Below are positions 40,466-49,970 of a stretch of 64,000 nt of DNA, piece by piece. A model generated the notes under the pieces. That model was not told where the DNA came from. It was given only the letters and a program-made list of their open reading frames with translations, and searched no databases. Every line of letters starts with the position of its first letter. The first letter of the stretch is position 1. The stretch is taken from positions 42,730 through 106,729 of the forward strand of contig CACEIH010000001.1 of NCBI GenBank assembly GCA_902559565.1, in the 5' to 3' direction. Position numbers and translations under genes: made by a program. The DNA comes from an uncultured Pelagibacteraceae bacterium. Its GTDB lineage: Bacteria > Pseudomonadota > Alphaproteobacteria > Pelagibacterales > Pelagibacteraceae.

Positions 40466-41512
40466 TTATATTAAAGTAGTTATGTGACCCATTTTTCTTT
40501 TTTCCTTAATCTCTTTCTTTAAATAATCAAAGAAAAATTCGTTTTCTTTTAAATTTAAGTTTTGTCTATAAGGTTCAATTTGATTGCCAATTAAATTTAT
40601 CATTTCAGCATTTGATAATTTTTTTAATGGTACTTTTTCAAGAGAACATACAGCTCTAACATGATTTTCAAATTGACTAATGTTATAAGCGTTAATTGTT
40701 AGATGGCCAGAATTATGAACTCTTGGTGCAATCTCATTAACATAAAGGTTTTCATTTCTGTCAATAAAAAATTCCACACACAAAGTTCCAATATATTTCA
40801 ATTCTTCTGCTATTCGAGTAGCCCATTCTTTTGCTTGTTCTGATATTTTTTTACTCACATCAGCAGGAATTTTTGAATGCTTTAAAATTTGGTTTTGATG
40901 AGTATTTTCAATTGGTTCATAAACTTGAAAATTATTAATACCAAATCTTGTTAAGACAACAGAAATTTCCTTTTTTAATTTAACTAATTTTTCAAGAATG
41001 TATTCTTTTGAAAAATCCACATTCATTGTTTCTATATCTTCAATTTTTTGAATTGGATATTGCCCCTTTCCATCATAACCCATAGTAGTAGTTTTTAAGA
41101 TACCCGGTAAAAAATCTTCCAAAGTATCTAAATCTGTTTTTTTTTCTATTGATACATATCTAGTTGTTCTTATGTTGAGTTTGTTTATAAAATCTTTTTC
41201 AGCTAATCTATGCTGAATAAGTCTATTAACTGACGGTTTTGGTAAAACAGATACTAATTTGTTCATTTCATTAAGTGTTTCATAGGGAATATTTTCAAAT
41301 TCATAAGTAATAACATTAACTTTTTTAACAAACTCAAGAATTTTTTTATTGTCATTATAATCTCCAGATATAAATTCATCACAAAAATTTTGTGCAGGAG
41401 CATTTATATCGTCACAGAATATTGTTGTTTTAATGTTAAGTTTTTTTGCTGCTACAGACAACATACTTCCTAATTGACCTCCACCAATTATACCAAGGTT
41501 AATTTTTGACAT
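40466..41512 (-). CDS. purK: N5-carboxyaminoimidazole ribonucleotide synthase
   Basis: GIIGGGQLG.M, TYEFENIP, GYDGKGQ, NEIAPRVHNSGH, SQFENH, RKMGHI. Confidence 0.96.
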   Translation of the reverse strand: MSKINLGIIGGGQLGSMLSVAAKKLNIKTTIFCDDINAPAQNFCDEFISGDYNDNKKILEFVKKVNVITYEFENIPYETLNEMNKLVSVLPKPSVNRLIQHRLAEKDFINKLNIRTTRYVSIEKKTDLDTLEDFLPGILKTTTMGYDGKGQYPIQKIEDIETMNVDFSKEYILEKLVKLKKEISVVLTRFGINNFQVYEPIENTHQNQILKHSKIPADVSKKISEQAKEWATRIAEELKYIGTLCVEFFIDRNENLYVNEIAPRVHNSGHLTINAYNISQFENHVRAVCSLEKVPLKKLSNAEMINLIGNQIEPYRQNLNLKENEFFFDYLKKEIKEKRKMGHITTLI

Positions 41513-41516
41513 GATT

Positions 41517-42017
41517 TTATTTAGGATTTTTTTTTATAGATTTTGTTTGTGATAATCTCCAATTGTTTAATTTTTTTTTAACCATTGGATCATAATTTGC
41601 AATAATGGCGGATGCTAATAACGCAGCATTTATTGCTCCATCATCTCCTATTGCCAAGGTTCCCACGGGAATACCTTTTGGCATCTGTGCTATAGATAAC
41701 AAGCTATCAAGCCCTTTTAGTTTTTTACTTTCTATTGGAACTCCTAAAACTGGGATAGAAGTAAGAGCAGAAAGCATGCCTGGAAGGTGTGCTGAACCTC
41801 CAGCTCCAGCAATAATTACTCCAATATTATTTTTTGCTGCTGTAATAGCGAATTCATACATCCTTTTAGGTGTACGATGAGCTGAAATAATTTTAGTCTC
41901 ATATTTTATTCGCATTTTTTTGAGAATTTTCACTGATAATTGCATTGTTTTGAAGTCAGATTGACTTCCCATTACAATTGCAACTTTAATATTCTTAATC
42001 TTTTTCATGCTTTTCAA
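41517..42017 (-). CDS. purE: N5-CAIR mutase
   Basis: MGSQSD, SAHRTP, IAGAGGSAHLPGM, QMPKGIPV. Confidence 0.97.
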   Translation of the reverse strand: MKSMKKIKNIKVAIVMGSQSDFKTMQLSVKILKKMRIKYETKIISAHRTPKRMYEFAITAAKNNIGVIIAGAGGSAHLPGMLSALTSIPVLGVPIESKKLKGLDSLLSIAQMPKGIPVGTLAIGDDGAINAALLASAIIANYDPMVKKKLNNWRLSQTKSIKKNPK

Positions 42018-42110
42018 GCAAGATCTTTATTTCAAAATTAATTTAGAATTTCAATAAAATAAATAGTATTTAAAAATACATATTGGTATGGTTTAAAATT
42101 ATTTACCAAA

Positions 42111-43076
42111 ATGAAATTTAAAATAGATAATCTTCAGTATTGTAAGTGGTCAAGAAAAGTTTTTGAGATTAATAGAGAAGCAGGCCTAGATGCTGTTCAT
42201 GTAACGATTGTATATCATGAAGATTTCAACGAGCTTTTAACAGAAATTCAAAAATGGGAAGATTTATTTAAAGATAATTCAGATTTAATTTTTTTAGGCA
42301 AAGATTTTAAAGATATTGAAAAAGCAAATAAAGAAAACAAAACTGCTATTTTCTTCGGTTTTCAAAACTGCTCACCTATAGAGGATGATATTAATTTAGT
42401 TGAAAAAGTACATGAGTTAGGATGTAGGTTCATGCAATTAACTTATAATAATCAATCATTGCTAGCTACTGGTTGTTATGAAAAAATTGATAGTGGTGTA
42501 ACTAATTTTGGTCGTGAAGTTATTAAAGAAATGAATAGAGTTGGAGTTGTAGTTGATATGTCTCACTCTGCTGAAAAAAGTACTTTTGATGCAATTGAAA
42601 TTAGTGAAAAACCTATAGCAATTACGCATGCGAACCCATCATTTTGGCATGCAGCTAAAAGAAATAAATCTTCTGAACTTTTAAAAACTTTAAGTGATAG
42701 TGGTGGGATTTTGGGTTTATCACTTTACCCACATCATTTAAAAGATAATACAAATTGTTCTATCGTTAGTTTTTGTGAAATGGTAGCAAGAACTGCAGAG
42801 ATTATGAATGTAAATAATATTGGTATTGGTTCAGATCTTTGCTTAAACCAGCCTGATGAAATTGTTGAATGGATGAGAAATGGAACATGGTCTAAAAGTA
42901 AAAATTACGGGGAAGGTTCCAAAAATAAACCTGGCTTTCCTAAACAGCCCCAATGGTTTGAAGATGCTAGAGGTTTTAAAAATTTAGAGAAAGAACTTAA
43001 AAAAGTAGGTTTTTCAGAAACTGAGACCAATGGGATACTTGGTAATAATTGGTATAATTTTTATAAAACAATTTAG
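42111..43076 (+). CDS. Membrane (renal) dipeptidase family, M19
   Basis: MQLTYN, DMSHS, ITHANP, RNKS, IGIGSD. Confidence 0.85.
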   Translation: MKFKIDNLQYCKWSRKVFEINREAGLDAVHVTIVYHEDFNELLTEIQKWEDLFKDNSDLIFLGKDFKDIEKANKENKTAIFFGFQNCSPIEDDINLVEKVHELGCRFMQLTYNNQSLLATGCYEKIDSGVTNFGREVIKEMNRVGVVVDMSHSAEKSTFDAIEISEKPIAITHANPSFWHAAKRNKSSELLKTLSDSGGILGLSLYPHHLKDNTNCSIVSFCEMVARTAEIMNVNNIGIGSDLCLNQPDEIVEWMRNGTWSKSKNYGEGSKNKPGFPKQPQWFEDARGFKNLEKELKKVGFSETETNGILGNNWYNFYKTI

Positions 43077-43078
43077 AT

Positions 43079-44731
43079 ATGAATATAAAATTAAGAGATC
43101 CCAATATAATAATGAAACTTTCAAGACTTGGTTCTTTTCATCAATCTCGTTTATCTTTCCTAAGAAGTTTCTTGAGTGAATTCAAAGATTGGGAATATAA
43201 AAAAGATTTATTTAATTTAGACGAAAATGGATATGGTATAGCAGTTTATTCTTTCACAAAAAAAGATAGAGTTTATTCGTTGATTTGTTTTGCAAATAAG
43301 ATCAATGATGAAGAAAGATCAGATAGGGTAATAGCAACTAAATGGGATGCTGCATTTACTCTTCATGATGGTATTCCAACAAAAAAAGATATTCAAAGAC
43401 TAAAAAACGAAGTTCCAAAACAAGAAGTTGGAAGATTGTCTTATAAAGAATTAACTTTATCAAGAGCCAATAAGTCAGTTAGAATTTTTGATCACGTTGT
43501 TGAAAGTTTAAGTAAAGGATTACAACCAAATTCAGATTTATTAGAAAAAGTAGGGTATCTTTATAGGACAACAGCAGTTTACGGATCAGGTAAATTTGGA
43601 TTAGCAGATCGTTTTAGAATTAAAGATAGAGAAGAAATTAATGGACCTTTTAGATTAGAGATGATGTTAGTTTATTTAGTCAGGCAGTTTACTTTCGATC
43701 AAGTTAATCATGTTGCAAAAAATAAGAATCCTAAAACAGCAGTTAATTTAGATCCAAAAATTTGTAAGAATCTTGGAATAGGAAACTCAACAGGTTTAGG
43801 TATGGCACCATTTATTGTTAATCATCCTACATTATTAAATAATTGGATTCTTTGTAGAGAAACAGCTTTAAAAGAAATAAGAGAATTAAAAAAAGTTAAT
43901 AGCAAAGAGATTAATTTGTTTAAAGAGTGTGTTAGAAAATCAATTAAAAATATTACTAGCTGGAATACAGAAAGTGAATACCAGCTTTACAAAATAAAGT
44001 ATCTATTAAAAGATGTCAGAAAATTTCTCAACTTTATTGAAAATGAATTTAATTTTCAAAAGGAACATCCTTTTAACTCACTTTATCTATGGCTAGAAAA
44101 AGAAACTTGCGATGAATGTATAGAATATATTGTATCTTTAATGATGGAACCATTTGGTGAAATCGTTCAACCTCTTATTAGAGAAATGAGCTCTGACGAA
44201 GATAAGTATTTTGATATTCCTTCTGATCGTACAGTGGGTGATTTAAGGTCGATTATAGAAAAAAAATATTCAAATATTTTGAATATTGATTTTGAACAAA
44301 AGAAAAATTATAAAAAATTTTGGTTTATATCAAAAAATAAAGAAGAACCTAGACTTGCAGATCGTTTCGAGGAAGAAGGCTCAGAATTAGAACAGCCCCT
44401 TGCAATAGCTAGAGATATTAAAAAATTATACAATAAATTATTATCAAAAAATAAATCTTTAAAAATGAATAAATTTTTGTTTGATAATTCAGAATTAAGA
44501 CATGTAATTAGAAGAGCTTTTATTATTGAAAAATTTCCTTACTCTGAAATTCAAGACAACACTATAAGTGAGAGTTTAGTTCCTATTGATATGTTGAGAT
44601 TAAAATTATCTTTTTTTGGTGCTTTAAAGTTTGATCCGAGATCTGATAAATGGCTTAGAATATGTATGTTTCAAGGAGCACCGCTTCCAAATGAACTAAA
44701 ATATTTTGATGAACAATGGGTCTATAATTAA
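43079..44731 (+). CDS. Conserved hypothetical protein (550 aa)
   Basis: Long ORF with conserved-looking blocks RSDRVIA.KWD, GYLYRTTAVYGSGKFG.AD, GIGNSTGLGMAPF, S.NKEEPR, FFGA.KFDPRSD. Confidence 0.85.
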   Translation: MNIKLRDPNIIMKLSRLGSFHQSRLSFLRSFLSEFKDWEYKKDLFNLDENGYGIAVYSFTKKDRVYSLICFANKINDEERSDRVIATKWDAAFTLHDGIPTKKDIQRLKNEVPKQEVGRLSYKELTLSRANKSVRIFDHVVESLSKGLQPNSDLLEKVGYLYRTTAVYGSGKFGLADRFRIKDREEINGPFRLEMMLVYLVRQFTFDQVNHVAKNKNPKTAVNLDPKICKNLGIGNSTGLGMAPFIVNHPTLLNNWILCRETALKEIRELKKVNSKEINLFKECVRKSIKNITSWNTESEYQLYKIKYLLKDVRKFLNFIENEFNFQKEHPFNSLYLWLEKETCDECIEYIVSLMMEPFGEIVQPLIREMSSDEDKYFDIPSDRTVGDLRSIIEKKYSNILNIDFEQKKNYKKFWFISKNKEEPRLADRFEEEGSELEQPLAIARDIKKLYNKLLSKNKSLKMNKFLFDNSELRHVIRRAFIIEKFPYSEIQDNTISESLVPIDMLRLKLSFFGALKFDPRSDKWLRICMFQGAPLPNELKYFDEQWVYN

Positions 44732-44742
44732 ATAAATAAATT

Positions 44743-45354
44743 ATGAAATCATTGAGTGAAATTGAGACCACATCAAAAAGAGCTAGCCGTGCTGTTGGAT
44801 TTTCATGGGGTATAGCAGAAGAAGTTGCTAAAGGAGTTAGACTACTTGAATTGTTTGGTCTTCCGGGAATAAAAAATTTAAATCAATACTATAGCTTAAT
44901 AAATAAAAAAAAATTTGAAAATTTATCAATTATAAAAAAAAACAATAAACCAAAAAAGTTATTTTTTTGTCCAATTTTTTTAGGTGTAAGTATTTTAGAT
45001 CAAATTAAAACGTTAGAAATTTTAAAAAAGATTAATTTTAAAAAAATAAAGTATCCAATATTGCTTTTACCTTTCTTAAGCAGATGTTCAAATATAATTG
45101 GAAAAAAGATATTATTTAGATTTGAAAATAATACATTTATATTAAACTTTAATCTAAATATTTTATCAAATTTAAAAAAAAAAGAATTTCCTTCGGTAGC
45201 AAAAAAAGTTGAAATTATTTTTTTAGAAAATAAAGATTCCTTTACAGAAAAAGAGTGGAAAAAACTTTATAAATTGTCAGAAAATACATTTGTAGAAGAA
45301 ACAGAAAGTTTAAAAAAAGGAGCGGCTGGAGCAGGATTGACAGACAATGATTGA
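44743..45354 (+). CDS. DUF3726-like protein
   Basis: SLSEI....KRA.RA.GFSWG.AEE and C-terminal GAAGAGLTDND. Confidence 0.75.
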   Translation: MKSLSEIETTSKRASRAVGFSWGIAEEVAKGVRLLELFGLPGIKNLNQYYSLINKKKFENLSIIKKNNKPKKLFFCPIFLGVSILDQIKTLEILKKINFKKIKYPILLLPFLSRCSNIIGKKILFRFENNTFILNFNLNILSNLKKKEFPSVAKKVEIIFLENKDSFTEKEWKKLYKLSENTFVEETESLKKGAAGAGLTDND

Positions 45355-45508
45355 TGAAGATGACATTAAAGAAAAAGATTTAAAAGATTTAAATGATATT
45401 TGTGATGAATGTAAAACTGAGCACGAAAGCGTTTCCCAAAATCTAATACTTACTGGTTTTAAAATTTGTAAATCCTGTAGATTATCAAAAACGATATTTC
45501 CTATTTAA
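45347..45508 (+). CDS. Small CxxC...CxxC zinc-ribbon-like protein (53 aa), not in ORF track
   Basis: Hand translation MIDEDDIKEKDLKDLNDICDECKTEHESVSQNLILTGFKICKSCRLSKTIFPI*; overlaps upstream stop by 8 nt. Confidence 0.7.
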   Translation: MIDEDDIKEKDLKDLNDICDECKTEHESVSQNLILTGFKICKSCRLSKTIFPI

Positions 45509-46047
45509 ATATGATTAATAGGCATTGTATCCATTCTACTCATAACAAAAGAAATAGATAAAAAAGCTATTATTAAAAAAGATAAAAACACAATTCCAAA
45601 AGATTTTAAATTAGATTTTAAATTTAAAATTTGTTTAGTTGATATTATCAATGCAGCAAAAATCCAAAATTGTGTTAAGAAAATAATTGGCACCATTAAA
45701 TCAGGTGTAATTGCAAAAAATCTTAATAAACCTGGAGCATGTGCAAAGCCTACTGCTGTTAAAACTTTTTTGAATGAAACCTTGGTTTGTTTGTCTGGAA
45801 AGAGTTTTACTCCAATCACAAAAATAAATATCGCCCATATGAACCATGTTAGAATTGCCGTTAGTCCTGACATAGCTACAGCAGTTTTAATGATAGTGTT
45901 AGCTGCAACCGCTCCAGCCATTCCATCTAAAATCATTATTAATCCAGCAAAATATATTGATGCGTCACCAAAATTTTTATTATCGCTATAAAGAGTTTTG
46001 TCTAATTTAATAGATTTAAATATTATATTAAGAAATTCACCAAACAT
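45505..46047 (-). CDS. Yip1-family membrane protein
   Basis: About 5 TM segments; FKKVL.AVGFAHAPGLL motif. Confidence 0.7.
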   Translation of the reverse strand: MFGEFLNIIFKSIKLDKTLYSDNKNFGDASIYFAGLIMILDGMAGAVAANTIIKTAVAMSGLTAILTWFIWAIFIFVIGVKLFPDKQTKVSFKKVLTAVGFAHAPGLLRFFAITPDLMVPIIFLTQFWIFAALIISTKQILNLKSNLKSFGIVFLSFLIIAFLSISFVMSRMDTMPINHI

Positions 46048-46149
46048 TTATTTTTTTTTATTTTTTTGATCTTTATAAGATACAAATAGTGGAAATATTA
46101 ATAAAGCAATAGCTATTAGAATGCAAATTGCAATTAAGAAACTGGACAT
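46048..46149 (-). CDS. 33-aa single-TM microprotein, not in ORF track
   Basis: MSSFLIAICILIAIALLIFPLFVSYKDQKNKKK*; stop abuts the ATG of the Yip1 gene. Confidence 0.5.
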   Translation of the reverse strand: MSSFLIAICILIAIALLIFPLFVSYKDQKNKKK

Positions 46150-46158
46150 TAAGAAATT

Positions 46159-46183
46159 TTGAGGGGGCTTTATACCCCCTCAA
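46159..46183 (-). terminator. Terminator-like hairpin after the aminomethyltransferase gene
   Basis: 9-bp stem TTGAGGGGG/CCCCCTCAA, 7-nt loop, 10 nt after the stop; weak U tail. Confidence 0.7.
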
Positions 46184-46193
46184 TTAATATGAA

Positions 46194-47558
46194 TTAACCT
46201 TTTACAACTTCTCTTGTGTTTGCATTAAAAGATTCTTTAAATGGAATATCAACTACCACAGCATCCACAGGTTTACCTTGAGTTTCTGAGTATTTTTCAG
46301 GTAAATGAACTTTAAATTTAGTTCCAACTTTACCTTTAGGAAAACCATTCGCATTGAGTGTTCCATCAAAAGGCACATATCCCATTGCAATATTTGTTTT
46401 CTTTTCTGGGTGGTACCAAGGAGAAGTAACAAAACCAACTGGGTCTCCACCACCTTCATTTGATATTAACCAAAAGTCTGGAGCATAGTCTTCAATTGGT
46501 TTTCCACCTAATTCAAGACCAACTAGTTGAAGCTTATAAGGTTTTTTTCCACTCTTAAGTTCTTTGCCCATTTTTTCTAATGCAGCTTTACCAACATAGT
46601 CAGATTTTTTATTCCATTCACCTTTACCAGATAATGAAACTTGGTAACCTAAATTACATTGATAAGGATTATGCTGCATATCCATGTCTTGTCCCCATGA
46701 AAGAATACCAGCCTGAATTCTTCTATGGTGAGCAGGAGCAATAACCATAAGCTTATGTTTTTTTCCAGCTTCAAGAACTGCATTCCACATATCTTCAGCA
46801 TACAAAGTGGCGTTTCTTAAATAAATTTCATATCCAGCTTCACCAGAGAAACCAGACTGAGAAATTACGCAACTTCTTCCTCCAACTTTAACTTCTGCCA
46901 AACCATAAAAAGGCATATTGTCAAAATCAACTTGATCTCCACATAAATCTTTCATTAAAGCTTTTGATTTTGGACCTTGGATCTGTACAGGGCAAGCATC
47001 AATTTCTTCGATTGTACAATTAAATCTTCCATCAGCATTAACACCTTGTAAATACATTCCGATGTCAGAGTCTGATAACGAAAACCAAAATTCATCTTTA
47101 GAAATTCTAAGAAGAATTGGATCATTTAAAACTCCACCATAAGCATTACATAAAATTACATATCTTGCTCTCATTGGTGAAATTTTAGTTGCATCTCTTG
47201 TTATAACGTAATCTGTAAATTTTTCTGCATCCGGACCTTTTACTCTTATTTGTCTCTCGACAGCAACGTTCCACATTGTAACATGATTTACAATTGCATC
47301 ATATTCAACCATCGCTCCACCATCTTCTGGTTTTACATATCCTCTTGGATGATAAATACGATTGTAAACAGTAGCTCTCCAGCAACCTGCTTGCATTGAT
47401 AAGTGCCAATAAGGTGATTTTCTTACTCTTGTTGAAATTAGCATCTCAACTTTTGTTGGCCCACTTTGTCTTAAATTGTATGGTACTTCTCGATCTGATT
47501 GATCAACTGAAGTAACATGTTTTAGTTTAGTATAGTCAAATTCTTTAGACATAACCAT
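46194..47558 (-). CDS. Stand-alone GcvT/DmdA/LigM-family THF-dependent demethylase
   Basis: RVRKSPY, WNVAVERQI...GPDA, NDPILLR, SQSGFSGEAGYEI, RRIQAGILSWGQDM, VTSPWY.P; start may be ATG 47552. Confidence 0.85.
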   Translation of the reverse strand: MVMSKEFDYTKLKHVTSVDQSDREVPYNLRQSGPTKVEMLISTRVRKSPYWHLSMQAGCWRATVYNRIYHPRGYVKPEDGGAMVEYDAIVNHVTMWNVAVERQIRVKGPDAEKFTDYVITRDATKISPMRARYVILCNAYGGVLNDPILLRISKDEFWFSLSDSDIGMYLQGVNADGRFNCTIEEIDACPVQIQGPKSKALMKDLCGDQVDFDNMPFYGLAEVKVGGRSCVISQSGFSGEAGYEIYLRNATLYAEDMWNAVLEAGKKHKLMVIAPAHHRRIQAGILSWGQDMDMQHNPYQCNLGYQVSLSGKGEWNKKSDYVGKAALEKMGKELKSGKKPYKLQLVGLELGGKPIEDYAPDFWLISNEGGGDPVGFVTSPWYHPEKKTNIAMGYVPFDGTLNANGFPKGKVGTKFKVHLPEKYSETQGKPVDAVVVDIPFKESFNANTREVVKG

Positions 47559-48318
47559 TCTCCTTCAACCACTTGTTAGTTTCCTTCAAGCCGCCGAATG
47601 TATAAATGTGGAAGAAATCAGTATGCGATTTAACTTTCCCAATTAGATCATTAGGGTCTCTAGGTTTTAATAAATCTAACGCCTTAGTAAAATTAGATTT
47701 AAGAAAATTTAAGGAATTTTTTGCTCCAACAATATTAGCAAACTTAATTAAGCTTGATATTTTTAGAGGCCCAGTAATTCCCACATGCACTGGTACGCTT
47801 TGTTTAGAAATAAAATCAATGATAGGCTGAGGATCTAATAACCATTGAGTTACTATATAATCAGCATAAGGCTTTTTATCTTTCATAGCTTTTTCTAAAT
47901 TTGAATCGGATATATCAGGACTCCCCTCGGGGTGTCCAGCAATTCCTATTGTCATCTTCTCAAAATAACCAGTCTCCAAAAGTTGGAAGGAGCTGTCAAA
48001 TTTTCCCATTGGTTCTCTACCACCACCAATTACCAAAACCTGCTTAACACCTCCATCTTTGCATCTAGAAACATAATCTTTTAGTTGCTTTTCATCCTGC
48101 ATAGATCTTGCTGGAAAATGGGGCACTGGATTGTAGCCTCTTTTTACTAACTCAACTGCTTGTTGAGCCGTCTCTTTATAATCTCCTCCTGGTAACATAG
48201 TGATGTAAACGTCATTTACCTGAGGAACTGTATCAAGATTAGTTTGAGGTCCAATTTCCAAAGAAAATTTCATTTTAAGATCTTTATCTTTTTTGAAAAA
48301 GCTGTCAAAGAAATTCAT
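47545..48318 (-). CDS. metF: Short methylenetetrahydrofolate reductase-like protein
   Basis: FSLE..P, PVPHFPAR, VLVIGG, IAGHPEG, IVTQW, HIYTFGG. Confidence 0.8.
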   Translation of the reverse strand: MNFFDSFFKKDKDLKMKFSLEIGPQTNLDTVPQVNDVYITMLPGGDYKETAQQAVELVKRGYNPVPHFPARSMQDEKQLKDYVSRCKDGGVKQVLVIGGGREPMGKFDSSFQLLETGYFEKMTIGIAGHPEGSPDISDSNLEKAMKDKKPYADYIVTQWLLDPQPIIDFISKQSVPVHVGITGPLKISSLIKFANIVGAKNSLNFLKSNFTKALDLLKPRDPNDLIGKVKSHTDFFHIYTFGGLKETNKWLKENGYV

Positions 48319-48372
48319 TTATGGGTGTGGCGAAATTTGTTGCCAAAAAATATGCTCATGATAATTTTTTTT

Positions 48373-49566
48373 GTGGACAAAAATCTCAAAAATTTACCCC
48401 TATCTAAAATACTAGATATAGAGAAACTCAAAGATGTTAATAAGCCGATAGAGTATGCGAATGGCTTACCAAACGAATGTTATACAAATGATGACTATTT
48501 AGCTTATGAAAAAGAGAGGATATTTTTAAATAAATGGACTGTGATTGGGGTAGCAAGCTCAATTCCTAATCCAGGAGATGCTAAACCACACAATCTACTC
48601 GGGATTCCATTAATTTTAATTAGAGATAAAAATATGAAAATAAGAGTATTTCATAATGTTTGTAGTCACAGAGGTTTTAAACTTTTAGACAAACAGTGTA
48701 GCTTAAAAAATGTAATTAGATGTCCTTATCATTCTTGGTCCTATGATTTTAATGGTAAACTTATAGCAACACCGCACATTGGAGGCTTGAATAATCATCA
48801 GTCAGAAAATTTTGATAAGACAAAAAGTAACTTAAAAGAGGTTAAAACTAAAGTTTGGATGGATATAATTTTTGTAAATATTAATTCAAATGAAATTGAA
48901 TTTGATGAATATATTCAACCTTTAGAAAATAGATGGTCTAAGTTTATAAATAGAGGAGATTATAAATCTTTAGTCCATTCAAATGATTATGGTTATTTTA
49001 ATTTAGACGTAAAATGTAATTGGAAATTTGCAATCGAAAATTATTGTGAGAGTTATCATTTACCAACAATTCATCCAGAATTAAATAAAGTTTCAAATAT
49101 TGATGATCATTATCATATTCAAGGATTACCAAATAGATTTGCAGGACAAGGAAGTAAAAAATATGAACAACCTATGAAAGGAAATAAAAAATTTAATACT
49201 TTTCCTAATTGGGACAAAGGTATGTTAAAAAATTCTGAGTATATTGCTTTATTTCCAAATGTAATGATAGGTCTACATATAGATCACTTTTATGTTTTTT
49301 GGCTAGAACCTTTAGCAATGAATAAAACAAAAGAACATATGCAAATGTATTATATTGGGAATGAAAGTGCTAATGGAGATGAGTTAAAAGAATTAAGAAA
49401 AGAAAATTCAAGATTTTGGAAAGATGTTATGTTAGAGGATATAAATGCAATTGAAGGAATGCAAGAGGGAAGAAACTCTCCGGTTTATAATGGTGGAAAT
49501 TTTTCACCTATAATGGATCAACCCACTCATCAATTTCATAAATGGGTAGCAAATAGTTTGATATGA
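48373..49566 (+). CDS. Rieske non-heme iron oxygenase alpha subunit (choline/betaine monooxygenase-like)
   Basis: CSHRG...CPYHSW Rieske motif; NWKFAIENYCESYH...IHP and ED mononuclear Fe ligands. The ORF-track start (48244) overlaps metF; GTG 48373 preferred (TTGTTG-N17-GATAAT just upstream), ATG 48352/48358 possible. Confidence 0.88.
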   Translation: MDKNLKNLPLSKILDIEKLKDVNKPIEYANGLPNECYTNDDYLAYEKERIFLNKWTVIGVASSIPNPGDAKPHNLLGIPLILIRDKNMKIRVFHNVCSHRGFKLLDKQCSLKNVIRCPYHSWSYDFNGKLIATPHIGGLNNHQSENFDKTKSNLKEVKTKVWMDIIFVNINSNEIEFDEYIQPLENRWSKFINRGDYKSLVHSNDYGYFNLDVKCNWKFAIENYCESYHLPTIHPELNKVSNIDDHYHIQGLPNRFAGQGSKKYEQPMKGNKKFNTFPNWDKGMLKNSEYIALFPNVMIGLHIDHFYVFWLEPLAMNKTKEHMQMYYIGNESANGDELKELRKENSRFWKDVMLEDINAIEGMQEGRNSPVYNGGNFSPIMDQPTHQFHKWVANSLI

Positions 49567-49970
49567 AGATTATTTTAATTATGGGTTTACCTGGATCTGG
49601 TAAAACAACTTTAGCAAACGAACTAGCTCCAATGTTAGAAGCAAAAAGATTAAATGCAGATGAAGTTAGAAAAGAAGCTAATGATTGGGACTTTTCTAAA
49701 GAAGGTAGAAAAAGACAATCAAAAAGAATGGCCGATTTTGCAATTAAGATGAAACAAGACGGAAGTTATGTTATTGCAGATTTTATTTGCCCAACACCTG
49801 AAGCAAGAAGTTTATTTCCAGCAGATTATATAGTTTGGGTAGATACTATAAAAGCAGGAAGATTTGATGATACTAATAAGATGTTTGTTAAACCAGATAA
49901 GTATGACTTTCATGTTACTACTCAAGATGCTAAAAACTGGGCACCAAAAATATATATGGAGATTAAATAA
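49563..49970 (+). CDS. Short APS-kinase-like P-loop kinase
   Basis: MGLPGSGKTT, LNADEVR, DWDFSKEGR.RQ, ADFICP; 135 aa. Confidence 0.75.
   Translation: MKIILIMGLPGSGKTTLANELAPMLEAKRLNADEVRKEANDWDFSKEGRKRQSKRMADFAIKMKQDGSYVIADFICPTPEARSLFPADYIVWVDTIKAGRFDDTNKMFVKPDKYDFHVTTQDAKNWAPKIYMEIK

Noticed and set aside
46194-47558. Calling this gene dmdA or gcvT
   Set aside because: Longer than DmdA/GcvT (about 360-370 aa), divergent motifs, and no gcvH/gcvP nearby
48328-48345. Sigma54 -24/-12 promoter
   Set aside because: GG to GC spacing is 11 nt on both strands, not the required 10
48244-48372. N-terminal 43-aa extension of the Rieske ORF
   Set aside because: Overlaps the divergent metF start and looks non-coding; a downstream start fits better
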